A DNA stretch of 64,000 nt from Lama glama (Eukaryota), in contig CM052817.1 of NCBI GenBank assembly GCA_028534125.1, positions 45,572,001 to 45,636,000 on the forward strand, in the 5' to 3' direction. Positions 1-12,143 of this stretch are shown here, piece by piece. The position numbers were made by a program, and so were the translations under genes. The notes below the pieces were generated by a model. The model saw nothing but the letters and a program-made list of their open reading frames with translations, was not told the DNA's origin and did no database searches. Each line of letters opens with the position of its first letter. The first letter of the stretch is position 1.

Positions 1-810
1 CTCTCTTTAGGGATGTATTACTATATGGAGAATGAGAAACCAGAGACTAATGGATAGAGTTTCACGATATTGTTGATGTTGATGTTGTTGCTGTTCTGTA
101 GCTATAAAAGGTATATCTTCTAACTTTGGCATTGCAAACTGATTTGCACCACCCTGCTTTACCATCCCAAGTGAAGGAGGGAAAAGAAAGAAGAATGACC
201 CTAGAACAGAATGCTGTTCTGACATCTCTTGATTTGGTAGTACAGAGATAGCTTAATGCATTGGGATTTTCAGAATAAATTGAATGTATTACCATCATTC
301 TGAATATGTAATTAATGACAGCAAAGCCTTTTGAACCAAGAAAGGTGGCAAAAGCTGGCAATGTTAATTGACAATGTACAGATTTGAAAATGTGCTCTTC
401 CAAAGATTTCAAATCAAATGCTAAATGATGCTGAGGGCCTTCAAAAGCAGTTAGGGAAAAAAACATATCAAATTGGTCTTCATCATCTTCACTAATTAAT
501 ATTTATTGGGTGCCTAGATATCTTGCTTCATGTTGAAAAAAGAAAAGAATCTGGAATTTTATGATAGTTGAGAAAATATTTATGAGTTCGGTGATAAGAT
601 GGAAAAGGGAATAAATGAACTATTTGAAGAATTTTGGAATTTACTGAGGAGGTCCCATTAGCAGGATCCTGAATATATCTTCTTAGAACTAAGGCATTAT
701 GCTTCTGTAGTATCAATTTATTCCCTTATGCAGAAATACAGTTAAACTATGACAGAATCTTTGACTGGTATTTGAATGTCAGCAACTATCCTTCTCTCTA
801 CTCTTTATAA

Positions 811-860
811 TTCAATTCAATTCACTTCAGTTCAATTCTATTCCTCTTAATTCAATTCAC
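811..860. repeat. Degenerate (AATTC)n microsatellite
   Basis: ttcaattcaattcacttcagttcaattctattcc...aattcaattcac. Confidence 0.7.
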
Positions 861-991
861 CTTTATTATATGTATCATGGACCATGGTCCAGTGACTCTC
901 CTGGGGAGACAGAAATTAATAAAATAAGGTCGTTTACTCAATGAAAAGATCTAGTGGTTAAGAGACTTGGTTCCTGAGGAGTCTGGAACAA

Positions 992-1611
992 TGTGTGTTT
1001 TTTTCCTGGGCCCAACCATAAGGCAATTATAAAGGCTCTGCCTGACTGGTCTCACATGTGCTCCCCCGCCAGACTAGGTACACAGTCTCTGAGAGGAGGT
1101 GCAAAGACTCAGGCCCCTCTGGTTGGTCATGCTCTTTGCATCTGTGCATTCCTGGCCCTTCATCCCAGGGTACCTTCATCCCTGGGTCTCATTATTTGGG
1201 GGCTTCCTCTGAGATTGTCTTCCGATGCCTTTGCCAAGGCTGCCTTATGGGTAGAGGTATGATGGGGGAAACCTTGAAGACACTTTTCCCCACTCTGACT
1301 CGGTACTCAGTACTCTCATACTCCCAACTTCTTCCAACCTCCACCTAGGCCCCAGGGTCCATAAAACTGCAGGAATCTTTTATTTTGGGTCCCTTAATGG
1401 TGAGGCAACCCCCACATCTACACTAGTTCACCTGACTCTTGACCAGTGTGCCATTTCATGGGGGAAAAGGAACAGGGGCACTTGGTGCTCTTCCTGGTTT
1501 TACCCTCTTGTCCTATGGAAGTGAATGATTCAAGGCTCACTGGTACTTCCATTTCGGCTTATTGGTTTAATTGCTACTTTAATACCTGACAGCTTTGCTG
1601 AGCTCCTGACA
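992..1611 (+). mobile_element. Solo LTR, ERVL class (MER74/MER73-like)
   Basis: Starts TGTG and ends ...TGACA; internal cataaaa TATA-like box at ~1360; resembles recalled MER74-family consensus (ggccccagggtccataaaactgcagga). Confidence 0.55.
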
Positions 1612-1619
1612 GCTACTAG

Positions 1620-1800
1620 TCCAGGTTCCACCACTTCCTACCTATATTTGATTGGGCAAGTCATTGAACTTTTCCCAACTTTCAGTTTTCCTACTGTAAA
1701 ATGAATGCAGTACTGCAATAGTATCTATTCCAGAGGGCTGTTGGGAAGATTGCAAGAGATGATGCCTGTAGTTGGCACGCAGTGAAGTTTTTTAAATAAA
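1620..1800 (+). mobile_element. MIR SINE
   Basis: Core ttgggcaagtcattgaact...tcagttttcctactgtaaaatg...agggctgttgggaagatt. Confidence 0.75.
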
Positions 1801-1884
1801 TATTGTTATAATATATACTGTTATATAAATATGATAGTATTGATTGGATTCTTACAACCTTCTGGGGAGATTGAGATATGAACA

Positions 1885-2478
1885 ATCATTCATTCCACAT
1901 GTCTTCCATCCCCACTCTGTATCAGGCCCTGGTTCTAAAGAGTCAAGATACTATGTCCTCTTGGCTCTCAAAGAGGCTTAGAGTCTAGAGGGAAGATAGA
2001 TATGCAGCTAAAAAGAAAGCACATATAATATGATACAGGAGCGTCGGGATAAGGGTAACTCCTTGATGAGGATGTTATTGGCTGAAAAAAGCTGAAACTC
2101 AACCCAAATTGTCTTAAATAATTGGAAAACTTATTATTGCACATTACCCTTAGAATCTGGAGCAAGGGTGAGATTAGCTTCTCTTGACGTACACAGATGC
2201 ATGGAGGAGGGTGGAAACCTCAATCAACTCACGGTAATGTTAGAAGTGGAGCCAGGTTGCATGTTTGCAAGGAACCAACTGTGTCCACTACAGGCACCCA
2301 AATGTGCATGAGAGCGTCGAGGAAAACTTATATACAAGTGCGTACCCTGAACTGAGACTTGAAAGATGTAAACTTTGACAGGTAGGTGATAAGGGGTTTG
2401 TTTTTGGTGGTGGAGTGTATGCCAAACAGGGGAATAGTAAGCGCAAAGTCAAGGAAGCATGAAGCAGCATGAGGCTTT
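1885..2478 (-). mobile_element. L2 LINE fragment (interrupted by a MaLR-like piece ~2070-2290), left part of a nest
   Basis: tcattcattc L2 3' tail; gaactgagacttgaaagatg and aggggaatagtaagcgcaaag match L2 reverse strand. Confidence 0.6.
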
Positions 2479-4445
2479 TACTTCCTTCCAAAATGGATTA
2501 ATAGGAACTAGATTTACTCTCCCACCTGGACCAACCAATAAAACCAGAGAAAATATATAGAACAACAGTTTTCAAGACACAGACCATCTGGCCACAAAGG
2601 ATAGTGATCTCTGAGAGATGGGAAACTAACAAGTCAGTCATACAATTGCTCCAGCTTACTGTTTTGAGAGTTTCCAGGTCATGGCATAGGGAGGATGTGG
2701 GATTGCAGAGAAAATATCTTTATGTTTCTACAGTTAGGGATTTCCAAACACATTTTACTGAAACTTGGAATCTGATCTGAGAGCTAGTCTTAGAAGTTAA
2801 TTTACAACTGTATAGAGAGTGAGAACTCCAGAGAGATTTACCTAATGCCAGAGACATGTGTTTACATTTCAAAGGAGATGAAACCTGGAACTTGGAAACA
2901 TCTCTGAGTTGTAAATCTGGAGACACAGGAATTATTTTTCCCCTGGAGAGATTTATTTACATTCCAAAGGGTTAGAGCAAGACATTTCTAAAGAGACTTT
3001 CAGATGTGTAAGGGGAGGCAGATACCTCTTTCTCCTGTGTACAAGAACAGATAAACTTGTATTTCTGTGTTCCTCACTTATGAGGTGAGCTTGCTACTCA
3101 CACAGGACAAATTTTCATATCTGGTCCTCATGTTACTTTGGAAATGTGGGGGAGTGACCCTGCAATATTACTCTGTTGATCTTGCTGTGAGTATGAGAAG
3201 AAATCTGTCTCTGATCCAAAAACTTCAGTGTCGATGAAGGACGAAATTAATAATGGTGAATATTGAGATGGAACTGTGAGCCTGGGGAGACCAAGGTAGC
3301 TAGAGTTTGCAAGACAAAGTAACAAAGAGGAGATAGCTGCACAGAGGGAGAAGCCTGGAGACATGTAGAAGCTTTTCTTTGAAGAGTCAGCGGATTACTG
3401 ATCAGTGCATGTGTGCAAGAAAATTACACAAAGGGGTTAGAGGGGGAAACAATTCAAAAGGATTAGAAAAATGTTCCTGGCATGAACACAGTTCCAGGAA
3501 TAGTGTTTATTCCCATAAGCCAGACTGGAAAAACTTAAAATAGTTTATGGGCGATTGTGTTGAATACTTAGTAGTGGAGATTAATTAACCTGAAATGGGA
3601 GTGCCACTTGGGACCTGCATAGCAAGTTATAAAAGCAGGACCCAATAAGAGCAAACCGTTTCTGGATAACTAAGCTGCATCTCAGGCATAGTTCATGAAT
3701 ATTCATATGAGTACAAAAATACCCAGCACCCAGCAAGTTAAAATTCATAATCTCTGTCATTAAAACAAAGATTACCAGGCAAACAAAGATTACCAGGCAA
3801 ACAAAGAGGCAGGAAAACATGGCCCATGATGAGGAAAATAATTAATCAAAAACAACCTGGAGCTGACACAGATATTAGAATTGGCAGATAAGTACATTTA
3901 AACAATAACTATTCCATATGTTCAAACAGCTAGTAGAGAAATGGAAGATATAAGAAAGACCCAAAATGAATTTCTAGAGATGAAACTGTAAGACTTGAGA
4001 TTTTAAAAAAACCAAATGTATTTAATGGCAAATTATACATGAGAAAACAAGACAAATGAACTTGAAGACACAGCATGAGAAATTATCTAAAATGAAACCA
4101 AAGAGAGAAGATTATTTTAAAAGAAAAGAGCATCAGTAGCTATGAAAGACCTTCAAGTGGTTAATATACATGGAATTGGAGTCTCATAGGAGAGAAAGGA
4201 TTGAGGGTGAAGGACAAAAATATTTGAAGAAATAATTGCTGAAAATTGTCCAAAAACTATAAATGGAATCTAAGCACAAGAATTATGAAGAAAGCTACAG
4301 GAAGGCACCTAATCATCAAATGATATTTGATTCAAAACCAATGATAAAGACAAACTCTTAAAAGCAGACAGAGAAAAAAAGACATGTTTCATATAAAGGA
4401 GCAAATATAAGAGTGGCAGCAAATTACTTGTCAGAAACAATGAAG
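2479..4445 (+). mobile_element. Ancient L1 (L1M-type) 5' UTR plus ORF1 fragment, interrupted by an LTR
   Basis: 5' end motif acttccttccaaaatgg...acaacagttttcaagacac; A-rich ORF1 relics (gatattagaattggcaga, aattggagtctcataggagag, ttcaaaaccaatgataaagac). Confidence 0.8.
2704..3250 (+). mobile_element. Solo LTR, ERV1 class (MER90/MER110-like), nested in L1
   Basis: tgcagagaaaatatc...ctgagagctagtcttagaag...tttacattccaaag...cttgctgtgagta...tctgtctctgatcca resemble recalled MER90/110 consensus; L1 sequence resumes after it. Confidence 0.6.
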
Positions 4446-4720
4446 GAATGTGGTTTTAGTATGTTTAGTGTGTCACAAGCAGTTGGTGTTGGTGACACTT
4501 AAGCCATGGGAAGGGCATTAGGAAATGGGCAGGGGGCTGTGGCAAGAGATATGCCTGCTTGGGTTTGCTGAGATCAAATGATGAAAAGTGTTGAGTGCCC
4601 TGTTACAGCTACCAGAGTTTATTTTGGAGGCTATAGGGAGCATTAAAGAATTCTGGGCAGGAAAATGTCATCAGATTTGCAAGTTAGAAAGATCACTCTA
4701 ATGGCACTGATTACATGAAG
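4446..4720 (-). mobile_element. L2 LINE fragment, continuation after the L1 insertion
   Basis: gagtttattttggaggctatagggagcattaaag...atcagatttgcaagttagaaagatcactct. Confidence 0.65.
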
Positions 4721-4982
4721 GTATTAATAAGTGGATGAATGGGTGAATGGAAGAGGACAGCTTGGAAGGTTGACAGCCTGGAGGAAGGGAGTACAATGAT
4801 ATGGAAGCTATTGTATTCACTTCATTTCATTAATTCATTTGTTTAACATGTATTAAGTTCTCTTACATCCCTGACTTTAAGCCAGCTCCTTAAGACACTA
4901 AAGTGAGCAAAGTAACTATCTACATAAAAGGCATACTACTCTCTAAGTACGTGGTAGACATCTTTTCATGTCAAGAGAAGTA

Positions 4983-5806
4983 CAGATGTCCCCCCTTTTC
5001 CGTGGTTTCACACTCTGCAATTTCAGTTACCCTTAGCCAACTGTAGTACAAAAATATTAAATGGAAAATTACTGAAATAAACAAACCATAAGTTTTAATT
5101 TGTGTGCTGTTCAGAGTCGTGTGATGAAATCTCTCACTGTCCCGTTTTGTCCCACCTGGGTCATGAGTCATCCCTTTGTCCAGCATTTCCCACCCCTCAG
5201 TCACTCAGTAGCTGTTTAGGTTATCAGATTGACTGTTACGGTATCAGGTTGTGTTCATGTCACCTTTACTTTACTTAATAAAGGCCCCAAAGCACAAAAG
5301 TAGTCACGTTGGCAACTCAGATATGTCAAAGAGTAGCCCTGAAGTGCTTCCTGTTAGTGAAAAGGTGACAGTTCTTGACTTAAAAAGAAAAGAAAAAAAA
5401 TCGTACGCTGGGTTTCCTAACATCTACCGTAAGAACAAATCAATCTCTGAAACAGCGAAGAGAAATTCATGCTAGTTTTGCTGTCGTCCTCAAACTGCAA
5501 AGTTTACAGCCCCAGTGCGGCATTAAGTGCTTAGTTAAGATGGAAAGGCATTTAATTTGTACAATAAGATATTTTGAGAGAGATCACCTTCACATAACTT
5601 TTACTATAGTATATTGTTATAATTGTTCTATTTAACTATTGTTAATCTCTTACTATATCTAATTTAGAAATTAAACTTTATCAGAAGTATGTCTGTAGAG
5701 GAAAATACATAGTTTATACAGGGTTTGGTACTATCCACAGTTTCAGGCTTTGATTGGGGGGTGGGTGTCTTAGAATGTATCCCCTGTGGATAAGGGGGGA
5801 CAATTG
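4983..5806 (+). mobile_element. TcMar-Tigger non-autonomous DNA transposon (MER44/Tigger7-like)
   Basis: Terminal inverted repeats cagatgtccccccttttccg...tggataaggggggacaattg; TA directly 5'; internal transposase N-terminal relic (SPEVLPVSEKVTVLDL). Confidence 0.9.
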
Positions 5807-5974
5807 CAGATAGCTTTTGTTTTTTATAACAGCTGCAGAGTATTCATTCATTCATTTATCAAATTTTTATTGAGTGTGTTTTATGTGCTTGGCTTTGGGC
5901 AAGACAACAAATAAAAGCAATGAATAAAATAATTCCCTGCATCCAAGAAGCTTACATCCTAGTTAAGGGTGAGA

Positions 5975-5981
<7 letters not shown>

Positions 5982-6006
<25 letters not shown>

Positions 6007-6016
6007 CTGTGTGTGT
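5982..6016. repeat. (TG)n microsatellite
   Basis: Direct reading. Confidence 0.9.
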
Positions 6017-6339
6017 CCCAGAGATCATCCTTTGGTGTGTGGCCAAGACCTACTCTTTATCTTGGACTCACTTTCAAGCCAGATAGCTGGAACTGCTTCA
6101 CTGTCACTCCTGGCATCTCTGAACTTTGTGTGATCAGTAATCTCTTGATCATATATGGTACCACCACGTGTAGTCAGGAAAACTAAGGAATTCAAGGAAG
6201 TATGAATTTCAGATTTATTGTTAATATATAAAATCACTATCAAATATCAGCAAGTAGTTTTTTTGGAGGGAAAATTTCACTATGTGTTTTATATGCTGAA
6301 ATTTGCAGTATAAATGTACATTCGTTATTATGAATAAAA

Positions 6340-7975
6340 TAATTAGTGAGAGGTCAAAGTTGTTAATTTTATGTAAAAAACAAACAAGCATTTTCAAATA
6401 GTTTAATAGGAAAAAGACTGAGAACTAATACAAATCATGAAAATGTTTCATCTACATAAAGACAATAAAGTGTTAGAGAAAAAGGAAGTACCCAAAATAT
6501 ATTTTGTTGGCGTAATAAATCTAGAAACACAGATTCTGTTAGAATCCTTTCAGAAGATGATCCCTTATAGTTATAAGCCTGTGAAGACTAAGCATTTAAA
6601 TAAAAGAATTGTCAAAATGACTGTTATAGCCTGCTTACAATTTTCAGCAGTTGAAGGATTTTTAAGGTATGCACACAAATCTTAGATAAAAGTTCTTTCT
6701 ACAAAACACACTACTGAAAAACTCTTTTCCTGAATCATATCTGCTTTTTAACACAAAGGCAGTAACATCATTAAGTGTAGCACTTTTGAAAATCATACAT
6801 CAGACATTTGAGCATATGGAGACAACCAGATGTCTTTTTTAAAGTTTGACAGCCTGGCGGATTAGTGATAAATTCAACTCTGTTTCTGTTTACTAGTTTG
6901 CTGAAAGATGTGACCTCTCACAACAGCCAACAACATAGTGAATCTTATTGAAGACGTATTTATTGAATAGAAAATGAGGAAAGAAGTTGTCATGTGACCC
7001 ACTCTGACAGTGAAACAGACATGCTGAAGGCTTTGTGCGATCTGGAAGTCATAATCAGTATTTCAAATCACTTTTTGGTTGTGTGTTCAGAAAGTAATTA
7101 CAGTACAGAAAAATACAATAGGATTACTGAACTGTCAGCAGGAAATTGTGGCCACCATCAACATTCTTCAGCCAAAGACAGGTTTCATGACCTACAAGAA
7201 ATTTTTGAACTACCTTGTCAAGAATTTATACGAAGTGTCCAAACAGGATGGAATAGGAACTATTACACATTCAAAAAGGCCCCTTAAGAGGAAAGTTTAA
7301 CACTATATTTGGCAGACAAAAATATCAACATGACAGGATTCACTACCAGTTGAAGGGCTGCTTGAGGAGAGTGTAGTTTGTCTTCAGACCTGACTGAAGA
7401 AATGGCCAATGTGAAGTATACTGATTGTGCAAATATTTCTTACATGATACCTTACATGATTCTTCTAGCATTTGGCTACAGAGAAGGTGCTGATATTAGT
7501 GCTCATGAAATAACAACTGAGATAGAGACGGGAAGTCACTGCTAATTTAGTTATCTCAAAGAAACTTCTATTATTCTGTTGCCACATGTCTAGATCCAAA
7601 GTTTAAGGACAGATTTTAAAAAGTGATTGTGTGAAACAGTAAACACGTGCAAAAAAAATCAGATGTCGCAAGGGCAACAATCTTACAAAAAGCTTCTGAA
7701 ATTGGTCAAAAAACATCTTTCCAGGCAATGCCTAGATTTTGTAGGACTGGTTCAATGACATATACCACCACCCTTAACCAAATCTTCAAATTCAGGAGAT
7801 GGGGAGGTAAATGTTATGAGAGCTACTATTAGAAAAGAAGGAAAGCCTTGGTGGTAACACCACTATCAGCAGAGTCCTAAGATGGAAGAGCTTGCCCTCA
7901 GCTACCACCCTCAGCTAAAAGTGAGATCCCTTTCGAATTGTAAATTTACCCTACAGTGACTGTAAGAGGCAAGAA
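6340..7975 (+). pseudogene. Decayed hAT-superfamily (Ac/ZBED-like) DDE transposase, near full length, with stops and frameshifts
   Basis: Motifs in correct order: LNKRIVKM..LQFSAVEGF (ORF 6437), TSDI* (6797-6811), SLTAWRI (~6843), TANNIVNLIEDVF (~6923), SDSETDMLKAL (7003), LPCQEFIRSVQTGWNRNYY (~TRWNSTY), YSVATCLDPKFK (7572), KPWW*HHYQQSPKMEELA (7843), PPSAKSEIPF (7905). Confidence 0.85.
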
Positions 7976-8129
7976 ATTATAATTCTTATATTACAATATC
8001 AAATACTAAACATTTCACTACTAAATATTTAAATAACAGAGACAATAATTCTTCAGATCAAGTTTAATATTTATTGTCTAGCCCAGGAGTTCATCTGATG
8101 TGGATTTTAGTCATTAATTTTAATAGATA

Positions 8130-8405
8130 AAATAGCAATTTGGATAGAAATAGTGGCATTTAACAGAAGGAGAAATGGTCAGATTCTGAGTACATTTCAA
8201 GTAGAACTGATAATGTTTGTTGATGATTAGGTGTGGGATGTGTTGGAAAGTGGGAGTCCAGGATGACCTGAAGGTTTTTGGCTTGAGCAACTGATTGAAT
8301 AGAATTTCCATATCTGGAGAAATAGAAGACTGCAAAGAGATGCTTCGATTAAGGGTGAGAAATGATGGATGCAAAAGTGTAGGTCTGAACATGTTACATT
8401 TGACT
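8130..8405 (-). mobile_element. L2 LINE fragment
   Basis: ggagtccaggatgacctgaaggtttttggcttgagcaactg is a typical L2 reverse-strand motif. Confidence 0.8.
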
Positions 8406-8409
8406 TTGA

Positions 8410-8997
8410 GCTGCTTTCTCACTACCTCTTCTTGACTGACCATCTTGACATCTCCAATCAACATGTCCCAATTGGATCTACTCATCTTCTCCTTAAACTT
8501 GCCTACCTGATGTCTTCCCCATATCAGATGATAGCATATCCATCCTTCCAGTGGCTCAGACCACAAACCTTAGTGTCAGCCTTGAATTCTTCCCTTCCCT
8601 CCCTGCCTCCCTTTCCCTTCCCTCCTTTCCTACTTCTTTCCCTCTTTCTTTCTTTCCTTTATTCCCTTCCTTTCTTCTTCCCTCCCGTCCTCCTTTCCTT
8701 TCCTTTCCTTTCCTTTCCTTTCCTTTCCTTTCCTTTCCTTTCCTTTCCTTTGCTTTCCTTTCCTTTCCTTTCCTTTCCTTTCCTTTGCTTTCCTTTCCTT
8801 TCCTTTCCTTTCCTTTCCTTTCCTTTCTTTCCTTTCCTTTCTTTCCTTTCCTTCCCTCCCCTTCCCTTTTCCTTTCTACCTTCCTTCTTTTCTCTCTCTC
8901 TCCCTTTCTCTCTCTCCCTTTTTCTCGCTCTCCCTTTCTGTCTCTTTCTTTCTTTCTTTCTCTCTCTCTCTACCTTTCTTCCTTCCTTTCTTCCTTT

Positions 8998-9061
<64 letters not shown>

Positions 9062-9091
9062 TTCTTTCTTTCTTCCTTCCTTCCTTCCTTC

Positions 9092-9154
<63 letters not shown>

Positions 9155-10032
9155 TCCTTCCTTCCTTCCTTCCTTCCTTCCTTCCTTCCTTCCTTCCTTC
9201 CTTTCCTCACATCCAGTCTGTCAAGAAATCTTGTGATCTTACATTTAGGATTAAACCCACAATTTGATCAGTTCTCACCACACCAGTTGCCCATACCCTG
9301 CTTCCCAGCCACAAGCATCTCTCTCCAGAATGTTACAAAGGACTCCTAACTGGTTTCCTTGCTTCTCCCCTCCTCCTCTATAGCCTATTTTCAACATGGC
9401 TGGTAGAGTTATATATTTAAAATGTACATCAGCCTGATCCATAACATTCATGTGCTTACAATCCTCTAAGGCCTCCCTATTTTATTCAGAGTAAAGTTGA
9501 AATCCTTTGTTGGTCTACAAGACCCTATGTGGTCTGGCCCCTCCATCCCCCCTGCCCCCTGCCTCTCTGACTCCACCCCTTCCTCTTCCTTCCCCCTTCT
9601 TCCTCATTATTCCTCCAAGGTGCTGGGCACTTTCCCACCATGGGGCCCACCCTGAGCTGTTTCCTTTTCCCGCATCTATGGCCAGGCTCATTCTTCACCT
9701 CTCTCTCACCTTTGTTCAAATGTCACCTTCTCAAGGAGATCTACCCTGATTGTCCCATGGAAAGTGCAGTCTTGCCTACATACCCCCACCTGCCACACAC
9801 CCCATCCTCCTCACTCTGTTCTACTTTTACTGTTGTTGTAGCGCTTTTCTTCTTCTTAACATACTCTCTAATTTACTTTCACATATTTTTAATTTATTCT
9901 GGGTCTCCTTCCACTATACTGCAGTGTAATTCCCAAGGGCAAGGATTTTTGCCTGTTTGTTCACAGATGTATTCCCTGTACCAGGAGTAGCGCCTGGCAT
10001 ACAATAGGTGCTCTATAAACACTCACTGAATA
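8410..10032 (+). mobile_element. L2 LINE 3' portion, split by a long microsatellite
   Basis: ccagtggctcagaccacaaacctt; ctcctaactggtttccttgcttc; ttcaaatgtcaccttctca; 3' end gcgcctggcatacaataggtgctc. Confidence 0.85.
8587..9207. repeat. Compound polypyrimidine microsatellite (TTTCC)n/(TTTC)n/(TTCC)n, ~620 bp
   Basis: Direct reading; almost purine-free on the + strand. Confidence 0.97.
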
Positions 10033-11880
10033 TCAAACATTGGCCTGACTCGTTCTCAAAGCACTAATGTCTTTAATCAGGATGACACAAGACACGTGAG
10101 AAGCCCAGGCTGATGATTAACTTGGTTCTCCTTCAAGTGGATATTTAAAACATGTATTTATTCTATGTTTGTGTAGAAGGGAGGAGGCTGAGTGGGAAGG
10201 ACAAGAAACATGAGTGGAACTGAAACTTTCTTTTCTTAACCCAGGCTCTGGCTCTGAATGTATCCAAAACAATTAAAAAACAGCCCTGCAGTTACATCCA
10301 CTCTCCTAACACAAGCCAGTCACCCAAGCCCACCCTTTGAGGTCTCACTGCACCCACTCCAGACTGGAGTGTATTTGTTCTCTCATGTCCAGTGCCCTCC
10401 CCGAGAGACCATCTGGCAGGTAGAGATTTTTCCATTTTGGAATGTTCTCAGGGGTGTTTAATTTGGTGGCTCTGGTAGCTGGCTGTGTCTCCGGACTTAG
10501 CCACAGAAGATCTAGTCTGCCAGTGTAAGCTGCTTAGTCCGATCATTTGAAAAGCCCTAATTTGCTTTTTCAACATCCTGCTCTGAGACCTCCTGCTTCT
10601 CTACAGGTCTCAGCATCTTGGCAGAAAAGTAGTAATAGCTGTGGAGGGTTTCCCTGTGCTTGAGAAAGAAAGACATTCCCTACATCCTAAGTTTTCCTGA
10701 AGGCCAGGATGTTTCTGTCAGTGGTACTCATCTTTTTGGAAATATGTATCCCCATTTCTCCTCTCCCACAGGTGCTCAAGCTGACAACTCCTTTTAAACC
10801 ATTTTACATGGAATCTACTTTACTTCTTCAAAAAGTTGTTGCTCCTAGCCAGGTTTGAGTAGAATCTAATGTTAACTAGAATAAGTTCTTTACTGTTTTT
10901 CCCTTGTAAAAATGGGGCATTGTGAATAAAATTAACGTCTGAATGGTGAAGCTGGTATCATTTTCTTCGTTTGTAAAAAGAGGATGAAACCTCATTTCCT
11001 ACAGCTCAGAATTATTTTGAAGCTGACATGAGATGAAATAGTGAATAGGTCTAATTATAATCATTTCCATTTTATTGAAGAGATTCTCTACTGACCAGGG
11101 AAGAAATCAGTACGGGGGTAGAATCACTTATTCTAAGCTAGGAATTGAGGAGGGAAAGGGGGCATGGCTTTAACTCCTTTGTTCCTAGGGAAACACCCGT
11201 GTTTCTTTCCTTTGAGGGTGAAGTGGGGGTGGACAGGGTATAAGACAGGGGCTCAAGGGGGTCACCTGGACAGCCTGGGACTCCCATGGAAACCCTGCCC
11301 TACGGCTCCCTGCCACCTGCCCAAGCCCCAGTCCCACCTCAGGCTGAGAAAGAGGGACACGGTGGGTGGGGGGAGGCCAAGAAGGGAAGCTCACAGGTTC
11401 TGCGGGAGTTTGACAATCACTGTTGTCAGCAGGACAAAAGAGATTCTTAACCCCTAATTCTTTCTTCTCTTTCCCCTCATGTATCTCTAACCTCTCTTCT
11501 CTCACCAGTCTTAAATCTTGCGTGGTTCTCACTAGCCCTTTTCTTCTCATGAATCTTTCGTCACACACAATAAATTGAAAGTAGCAAAGGCTTGAGGCTG
11601 GTTAGAATATTTCCAGTTACTTGTCTCTCAGGAGGTGTCCTCCAGGGGAAATTCCAGTAAACTCCCATTCTCACCATTTTCTGTGAATAATCACTCCACC
11701 TCCAATCATTGGGCTCTTTTTAGAATCCATATGGCATAGGCTCTGGGTTCTAAATGTTCATGCATGTCATCAACCCTGTGAATTATAAGAGAAGAATCAC
11801 ATGCTCTCTTGAACTAACTCTAACCAGCTGCAGCCTATTGTTCACCATTTCTTTCCTCTTTTTGGCACCTTAGAGTTTAA

Positions 11881-12026
11881 GGGGTGGAGGGATAAACTGG
11901 GAGTTCAGGATTAGCAGACAGTAACTAGTATATACAAAATAGATGAACAACAAGGTCCTACTGTATAGCACAGGGGACTATATTCAATACTTTGTAATAG
12001 CCTATGATGAAAAAGAATATGAAAAG

Positions 12027-12061
<35 letters not shown>

Positions 12062-12143
12062 CACACACACACATATAAAACTATGGTGTATACTAGAAAT
12101 TAACACAACATTGTAAACCAACTCTACTTCAATTAAAAAAAAA
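11881..12143 (+). mobile_element. 5'-truncated L1 3' UTR (cetartiodactyl type) with internal (TA)n
   Basis: gggataaactgggagt...aacaaggtcctactgtatagcacaggg...acaacattgtaaaccaactctacttcaatt plus poly(A). Confidence 0.9.

Noticed and set aside
8369..9349. Long ORFs of 326, 238 and 183 aa
   Set aside because: Stop-free only because they read through the pyrimidine microsatellite; low-complexity F/L/S/P or K/E/R/G peptides
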